Shown: positions 58,924 to 64,000 of the stretch, in pieces
How positions within the stretch are numbered: the first letter of the stretch is position 1
Layout of the letters: each line of letters starts with the position of its first letter
Source of the DNA: an uncultured virus (IMG/VR IMGVR_UViG_3300029305_001816)
Taxonomy: Duplodnaviria > Heunggongvirae > Uroviricota > Caudoviricetes
Reading direction: 5' to 3' (one strand)
Virus record (IMG/VR): IMGVR_UViG_3300029305_001816
Location: 1 to 64,000 of that record
Length of the DNA: 64,000 nucleotides
Notes under the pieces: model-generated
The model's database searches: none
Told to the model about the DNA's origin: nothing
Seen by the model: only the letters and a program-made list of their open reading frames with translations
Made by a program: the position numbers and the translations under genes

Positions 58924-58956
58924 ACTTATAACCATATTTATTAAAGGAGTGGTACT

Positions 58957-60597
58957 ATGGCAAGTATGACGAGAACAATAGAACGAGATAGGCGAAGAAA
59001 AGTTGCAGTTGCTTACGCTCGGTTCTCTTCCAACAATCAACGTGAAGAAAGTATTGACGCTCAATTAAGGGCAATCCGTGAGTATTGTGAAAAAGAGAAT
59101 ATCGAGTTAATAGCAGAGTTTACAGATGAAGCTCAAAGTGGTAAAACGGATAACCGTGAAGACTTCCAAAACATGATTAACAAATTGCTTAAAGGTCATA
59201 TCCAAGCTGATTATGTTTTGGTTCATAAGTTTAATCGTTTTGCTAGAAACAAATTTGACAGTGCTTTATATAAGAAGAAACTAAGAGATATAGATGTTAA
59301 GGTTGTTTCTGTATCTCAAAAGATTGATGATACCCCAGAGGGCGAATTGCTTGAAGGTTTTCTTGAAACTATTGACCAATATTATAGTGCTAACCTTGCT
59401 GCTGAGGTAAGGAAAGGTCTTAGAGAAAACGCATTAAAAGGTAAACACGCTGGTGGTCAAGTGTTGTTCGGGTACTCTCTTGACAAAGATGGCTATTATG
59501 TTCCAAATGAAAATGCTAAGATTGTTAAACGCATTTTTGAAGAATATGTAGCTGGATATCCTAAAACAGAAATCTGCGAAAGACTTAATAAAGAAGGTTA
59601 TCGCAATCAGCGTGGCAAGCTGTTTAATACTCGCACACTATATGACCTTTTAAGAAATGAAAAGTATATTGGCAACTATGTGTATACAATAGACAAGAAA
59701 GAAACAGTTCGACTTGATGGGATTATCAAAGACCACCCTATCGACATGAAGCTTTGGAATGAAGCACAGGAATTGTGTAAAAACGCAAGTGAAAAAGCGC
59801 AAGCTAGACAAAGAACACAAAAGCGTTTTTACCATCTAACTGGAAAAGCTTATTGTAAAGAATGTGGTAGCAAGATTTGTGCTAATGGTTCTAAACGTTC
59901 AAATGGCAATGGCAAGTTAAATTACTATTACCAATGCGTGGGAAAAGTAAAGCACAAGAATGGATGTAAAAATCCTGCGCTCAATAAAGACTGGGTAGAG
60001 CCAAAAGTTTTAAAGACAATTATGAATGTTGTTATGAATGAAGAAATGGTCAAACAGATTGCTCAGGTTGCTTTTGAAGAAATTATTGCGATGAGAGATG
60101 CACCTGTTGTGACTACTGCTCAACTTAAAAAAGAGCTTGCTCAAATCGATAAGAAACAAGAGAGATTAAGAGATTTGTATATCGACGGAAATATGAGCAA
60201 AGAAATACTTGATGAAAAAAACGGTGAGTTGGCAAGACGAAGATATCAAATCGAAGATGAGTTAGAAAAGAGAAAAAATATCTTTGAAGCTGAGGATATT
60301 TCACCAGAAGACATTGAAAAATTCATCATCCAATATGTCGAAGATATTCAAGAAGAATATGACCAATCAGATGATGAATTTAAGAGAATCATGATTAGTA
60401 CTTTTGTAGAAAGGATTGATGTGAGCAGAGAGAAAGTAACTGTTCATGTCCATACTCCATTTGGTCGTATGGACAGAAATTTTTTTGAAGACAGAGGTGA
60501 TAAGCCGTGTTATACGGGAGTGATACACCGCTTATCAACCGTCAAAGTAGAGCGGTCTTTCCCTCGCAAAAAGAATATTCACGGCAGATTAGACTAA
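58957..60597 (+). CDS. Large serine recombinase (phage integrase)
   Basis: YARFSS catalytic Ser, KFNRFARN, recombinase domain (LRNEKYIG), zinc ribbon CKECG...YYQC...C, coiled coil. Confidence 0.95.
   Translation: MASMTRTIERDRRRKVAVAYARFSSNNQREESIDAQLRAIREYCEKENIELIAEFTDEAQSGKTDNREDFQNMINKLLKGHIQADYVLVHKFNRFARNKFDSALYKKKLRDIDVKVVSVSQKIDDTPEGELLEGFLETIDQYYSANLAAEVRKGLRENALKGKHAGGQVLFGYSLDKDGYYVPNENAKIVKRIFEEYVAGYPKTEICERLNKEGYRNQRGKLFNTRTLYDLLRNEKYIGNYVYTIDKKETVRLDGIIKDHPIDMKLWNEAQELCKNASEKAQARQRTQKRFYHLTGKAYCKECGSKICANGSKRSNGNGKLNYYYQCVGKVKHKNGCKNPALNKDWVEPKVLKTIMNVVMNEEMVKQIAQVAFEEIIAMRDAPVVTTAQLKKELAQIDKKQERLRDLYIDGNMSKEILDEKNGELARRRYQIEDELEKRKNIFEAEDISPEDIEKFIIQYVEDIQEEYDQSDDEFKRIMISTFVERIDVSREKVTVHVHTPFGRMDRNFFEDRGDKPCYTGVIHRLSTVKVERSFPRKKNIHGRLD
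60498..60537. other. Candidate attP site within the integrase 3' end
   Basis: Imperfect 18-bp inverted arms tgataagccgtgttatac / gtgatacaccgcttatca around a central ggga. Confidence 0.5.
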
Positions 60598-60656
60598 TAT
60601 TAAGTTAACAAAGATTATAACACACCACAGCGTAAAAGGAAGTGAAAATATTTCAC

Positions 60657-60697
60657 ACAAAGTTATCGCAAGGTTTGACCCCTTGTGGTAACTTTGT
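60657..60697 (+). other. 17-bp RNA hairpin downstream of the integrase
   Basis: acaaagttatcgcaagg-tttgacc-ccttgtggtaactttgt with two G-U pairs. Confidence 0.6.
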
Positions 60698-60728
60698 ATC
60701 ATATCAAACTTTCAGGTAGGTGTAACTT

Positions 60729-60962
60729 ATGAAGAGCGAAAAAGAATTATTTGACCTTGCTAAAAGATATGCGCATTTAGAAGACCAGTTTCAAATAGCA
60801 GCCATAGAATTTGAGATAGAAGAAATCAAAGAAGCAATGGAAGAAATATTGAATACTCTTTTAGAGAAAAGATATGACCCTGATAAATTTGTAGCCTATA
60901 AAAAGATGTACAAAGAAATGACTATCGGAGAATATTTTGAATTTATAAAAACACTTGAATAG
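60729..60962 (+). CDS. Hypothetical protein
   Basis: 77 aa, RBS AGGTG. Confidence 0.7.
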   Translation: MKSEKELFDLAKRYAHLEDQFQIAAIEFEIEEIKEAMEEILNTLLEKRYDPDKFVAYKKMYKEMTIGEYFEFIKTLE

Positions 60963-61353
60963 GAGATGGAGCATCATGGAAGCCACACAATATATTAGAA
61001 GGAACAAAAAAGAAAGAGCTGTAATTTATGTCCGAGGTGAAAATGAAGCAGCGCAAGAATTAAAGTGTAGAGCGTATGCAGCCGATAAAGGTTATAAGGT
61101 TTCATTTGTAACAAGACATATTGAAGATGTAAATCTTTGTGATGTACTGTTGGTTGCACATCCTACAAGAATTAGTCGTAAGCAAATGACATTTGTTAAG
61201 ACTTATAAGTTGTTTAAGGCAAGAGGTATTAGAATAGAAAGTGCAAATGGATGTGATATCGGTTCTCTGTTTTCTGCAAAAGATATGTATGAACAAATTG
61301 AAAAATTAAAGAAAGAATATGCAGAACGAGAAAAGAATAAGCAACAAGATTAA
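60955..61353 (+). CDS. Degenerate serine-resolvase catalytic domain lacking the nucleophile
   Basis: RAVIYVRG (G where V-S is expected), Q..C..YA..KGY, DVLLV...RISR, ARGIRIES. Confidence 0.65.
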   Translation: MNRRWSIMEATQYIRRNKKERAVIYVRGENEAAQELKCRAYAADKGYKVSFVTRHIEDVNLCDVLLVAHPTRISRKQMTFVKTYKLFKARGIRIESANGCDIGSLFSAKDMYEQIEKLKKEYAEREKNKQQD

Positions 61354-61361
61354 AAAGGTAA

Positions 61362-61390
61362 TTGACCTTAAATTGTTATGCTAGTATAAT
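61362..61390 (+). promoter_or_regulatory. SigmaA-type promoter
   Basis: TTGACC-17 nt-TATAAT. Confidence 0.75.
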
Positions 61391-61395
61391 AAAAA

Positions 61396-61464
61396 CACCC
61401 TTTTAAGTGCCTTTGGTATGGATATAGTTTTAGCCCTGTAGAACATTCTACAGGGCTATTTTTT
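61396..61464 (+). ncRNA. Candidate ~70-nt small RNA
   Basis: Lies between the promoter above and the terminator tagccctgtagaa-ca-ttctacagggcta-tttttt; no complete ORF. Confidence 0.55.
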
Positions 61465-61535
61465 ACTATGACACTGGATGTACGAGCAGCCATGATGTCT
61501 AGTACTAGCTTATCCAGCGATTTAAATTTTATACA

Positions 61536-61799
61536 TTAATCTACTGTCATTGTAAGCGCATTAAGATTTGCTCCGAAATGATACTTAATAAATTCACCGA
61601 TTTCATCGATAGCAACATTTTCATTCGCAATCTGTTCGGCGTAATCAACAAACTTTAGACCATAGATTCCATAACATCTTGCCTTGTCAGCCATTGCAAT
61701 AGGGTTCTTACAAACGACAGTCATATTGTTTTCTTTGGCTGCTACAAGCATTTTTCTTGTTTTGCCAGTACTATTTTTGTCAACAATGTATCCATTCAT
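61536..61799 (-). CDS. Small degenerate P-loop-like protein
   Basis: NSTGKT and VAIDE motifs in 87 aa; RBS GAGG. Confidence 0.6.
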   Translation of the reverse strand: MNGYIVDKNSTGKTRKMLVAAKENNMTVVCKNPIAMADKARCYGIYGLKFVDYAEQIANENVAIDEIGEFIKYHFGANLNALTMTVD

Positions 61800-61897
61800 T
61801 TTCTTACCTCTTTATTAATTAGTCATTTAATGTATATATTTATATGCATTAAGCGTAATTTTGTATATAATAATATACATTATAACTTTATTACTTG

Positions 61898-62170
61898 TTA
61901 ATCACATAAGTTCTCTTCAAGTTCTTTTATCCTTCTGTCAATATACCATCTGGCTTTTTTGAGGTCATTAATTGCCTTTTCTTTATCGCTTTTATCAGCA
62001 GAATGTTTTTTGCCAGCTCTTGACACATACTTAATTACATTTCCGAGACAAAATCCCAAATTTTTATCCTCTATGTAATCTATTACTTCTATATTTGTGT
62101 CAGTATAGTGCTTAGGATTTTGAACATCGTCGTAAGTCGAATAAACTTTTTCAATAGCAATATCGCCCAT
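61898..62170 (-). CDS. DUF3310-like protein
   Basis: VQNPKHY..IEVIDYI..FCLGNVIKYVSRAGKK..DLKKARWY. Confidence 0.85.
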   Translation of the reverse strand: MGDIAIEKVYSTYDDVQNPKHYTDTNIEVIDYIEDKNLGFCLGNVIKYVSRAGKKHSADKSDKEKAINDLKKARWYIDRRIKELEENLCD

Positions 62171-62182
62171 ATTTACACATCC

Positions 62183-62380
62183 TTACAGTACATATAATCT
62201 AATGCATCCAGATTCTAGTTCAATCATTGTAACGTCTAATTCTTTCATCTCATAAGGAAAGTTAAAATAAAAATTACCATAAAGTTCTTGGTTAGAACAG
62301 GCGCTAGTCAAAATTGTATACTTAGAATCGCCATCTTTAATATGAGACATTAGTTCTTTGACTGTTGTTAGAGTAGCCAT
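62183..62380 (-). CDS. Hypothetical protein
   Basis: 65 aa, coupled to neighbouring genes. Confidence 0.6.
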   Translation of the reverse strand: MATLTTVKELMSHIKDGDSKYTILTSACSNQELYGNFYFNFPYEMKELDVTMIELESGCIRLYVL

Positions 62381-62949
62381 TAGATACTCTCCTCTCCCAG
62401 AACCAATTCCTTAAAGTAAGGCAGTTGTTCAATCTGAGTGCAGAATTCACGCCATTCAGGAAGTCTGTGTGTTCTCCTCTGATAGTAAATTGTCTTAAGC
62501 TGTCTATAATTAGTTGTCATGGCGGCAGTCAGTTTGAAACCACAAGGATTGGAATAAAGTAGTCTAAGATAATCTTCTTTATCTTTTGTTTCATTGTACT
62601 TATCCTTAAGCTCGTTCATTATCTCAATCATTCGTGGGTCAACATATTCGATATACTGATTACTTAAATCAAACTGACTAATTCTATGCATTGTAGACTG
62701 ACTAGAAATGAAATCAAAGAAGTGATATCTTTCAGCTTCTGTCCATGCCTTTACTGTAAAAGTTAAATCGAATTGAACAATGATACCCGTAAGAAATTGG
62801 TCGTGAGCTGCACCAACAGGACTATTACCAAGCTTCTTTGTAGTCTTTGTAATTTCTGAATTCAGTGAAGTCACATCTGTAGCCATGGGAAATTTGCTTC
62901 CTCTGATTGCGTTCTCAAGTCCATAAACATGAATATTTTCAATTACCAT
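62380..62949 (-). CDS. Divergent ThyX-like (flavin-dependent thymidylate synthase fold) protein
   Basis: H.QFL, EAERYH, SQSTMH and NYRQL..IY.QR..H..PEW motifs resemble phage ThyX-like proteins. Confidence 0.5.
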   Translation of the reverse strand: MVIENIHVYGLENAIRGSKFPMATDVTSLNSEITKTTKKLGNSPVGAAHDQFLTGIIVQFDLTFTVKAWTEAERYHFFDFISSQSTMHRISQFDLSNQYIEYVDPRMIEIMNELKDKYNETKDKEDYLRLLYSNPCGFKLTAAMTTNYRQLKTIYYQRRTHRLPEWREFCTQIEQLPYFKELVLGEESI

Positions 62950-62970
62950 TTTACTCGTCTCCTTTAATGT

Positions 62971-63012
62971 TGGGGAACTTTATTGTCTTATTCAATGTAA
63001 TAAAGTTCCCCA
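62971..63012 (-). terminator. Intergenic hairpin in the minus-strand operon, abutting a half element (63013-63031)
   Basis: tggggaactttattg ... taataaagttcccca. Confidence 0.55.
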
Positions 63013-63019
63013 TATAACC

Positions 63020-63523
63020 TTAATAATCTATCGCTTCAAAAGGGATAAATGTAGAATAATAATTATTACTAACAATTACTTCATACTGTTCATCGCACTG
63101 TTCATCGCATTCATATCTATTAACTCCGACATATAAGTTGCCACATTCAGTTTCCCAATGATATTCATTTTTGTTCTTTCTAAAATATTCAATACCACGT
63201 TTAATATCATTTTTTATTTCTTCATTATTGCATCTATCAACAGCGCCGTTTTCCTTGCAAGTATGCCAGAAATGAGTAGGAAATTCTACGTTGTCGGCAG
63301 TTAAAGCAACACTATTCTCATTATCGTCAAGATAGTTAACGCATCCGCATAAAGGACAGGTAATGGTTGCGCAGCCAAAAGCGCCCACTTCTAAGTCAGA
63401 CTTTTCGTATTCAATTTCTGAATCGCATCCATCACAAATAAGAATACGAGGATAGGGTTTTACATTCTTGACTTCTTTAACCACTTCTTCCTCATAATTA
63501 TAATTATTCTTTAAAACTTTCAT
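63020..63523 (-). CDS. Zinc-ribbon hypothetical protein
   Basis: CDGC...CPLC. Confidence 0.75.
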   Translation of the reverse strand: MKVLKNNYNYEEEVVKEVKNVKPYPRILICDGCDSEIEYEKSDLEVGAFGCATITCPLCGCVNYLDDNENSVALTADNVEFPTHFWHTCKENGAVDRCNNEEIKNDIKRGIEYFRKNKNEYHWETECGNLYVGVNRYECDEQCDEQYEVIVSNNYYSTFIPFEAIDY

Positions 63524-63535
63524 ATTTTTACCTCT

Positions 63536-63886
63536 TTAACATTTATCCCAAGTTTCATAATGGTTTGGTTTCATTTTTTCAAAAAATTCATCCATAAATT
63601 CCTCAACTTTTCCTAGCGTCCAACTAGAAAAGAAATGAAGATTTATCGGCCTCTCGTCTTCTCCCATTTCCACTTGCACCTCGTACTCATAAGAAAAAGG
63701 CTCATACCATTTACCTCTGTGAGACATTGGAATGAATTCATTTGACCACTTTACTACATCAATAAAGTATCGCTTTCCGATGCTATCATCAAAGCGCTTT
63801 TGAAATCTTGTAACAATATGTTCGCTATCAAGTGGAGTTGGAGAATATTCTTTATATCCACGCTCTAAAATATATTCGTCAGTCAT
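63536..63886 (-). CDS. Hypothetical protein
   Basis: 116 aa, RBS AAAGGAG. Confidence 0.75.
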   Translation of the reverse strand: MTDEYILERGYKEYSPTPLDSEHIVTRFQKRFDDSIGKRYFIDVVKWSNEFIPMSHRGKWYEPFSYEYEVQVEMGEDERPINLHFFSSWTLGKVEEFMDEFFEKMKPNHYETWDKC

Positions 63887-63999
63887 TTTTGTTCTCCTTT
63901 ACAAAAACGTTCATAGCCGTAATCGGCAGGATTCAGACCGTTTTCAATCATTGTATCGACTAACTGTTGCCGATAATATTCGTGCATCTTAAGATGGAT
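63883..63999 (-). CDS. 3' end of a hypothetical protein (partial)
   Basis: Open frame ...MHEYYRQQLVDTMIENGLNPADYGYERFCKGEQK* with ATGA overlap. Confidence 0.6.
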   Translation of the reverse strand: MHLKMHEYYRQQLVDTMIENGLNPADYGYERFCKGEQK

Positions 64000-64000
64000 T

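Noticed and set aside
1..64000. tRNA, rRNA or intein sequences
   Set aside because: None recognised by eye; tRNAscan/Infernal and an intein HMM search would be needed to exclude them formally

Overview
A 64 kb AT-rich segment of a large temperate siphovirus-type phage of a Firmicutes (probably Clostridia) host, with SPbeta/c-st-like gene order. Positions 1-58.45 kb are one long plus-strand late region. It runs through head-tail joining genes, the major tail protein, a RecU-like resolvase, a tyrosine recombinase, and a ~4290-aa tape measure gene split by a 1.9 kb group I intron carrying its own promoter and two ORFs (a 55-aa protein and an HNH endonuclease). It continues with a lone tnpB, Dit/Tal-like genes, a lysis region (papain-like protease, holin-like genes, free-standing GIY-YIG endonuclease, multi-domain endolysin) and ~25 kb of baseplate/fibre/adhesin genes. 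Then come a large serine recombinase with a candidate attP inside its own 3' end, a divergent 42-aa ORF, a catalytically dead resolvase domain, a candidate small RNA and the end of a minus-strand operon (DUF3310-like and ThyX-like genes). The strongest unexplained signal is a dispersed 19-bp element, TATAAC-N7-GTTATA. It is oriented with transcription, sits just after stop codons and just before terminator hairpins, lies in the intron's internal promoter, brackets the intron cargo and clusters at the integrase control region. Several intergenic regions also form mutually exclusive terminator/RBS-sequestering hairpins. All calls come from reading the sequence; no database searches were run.
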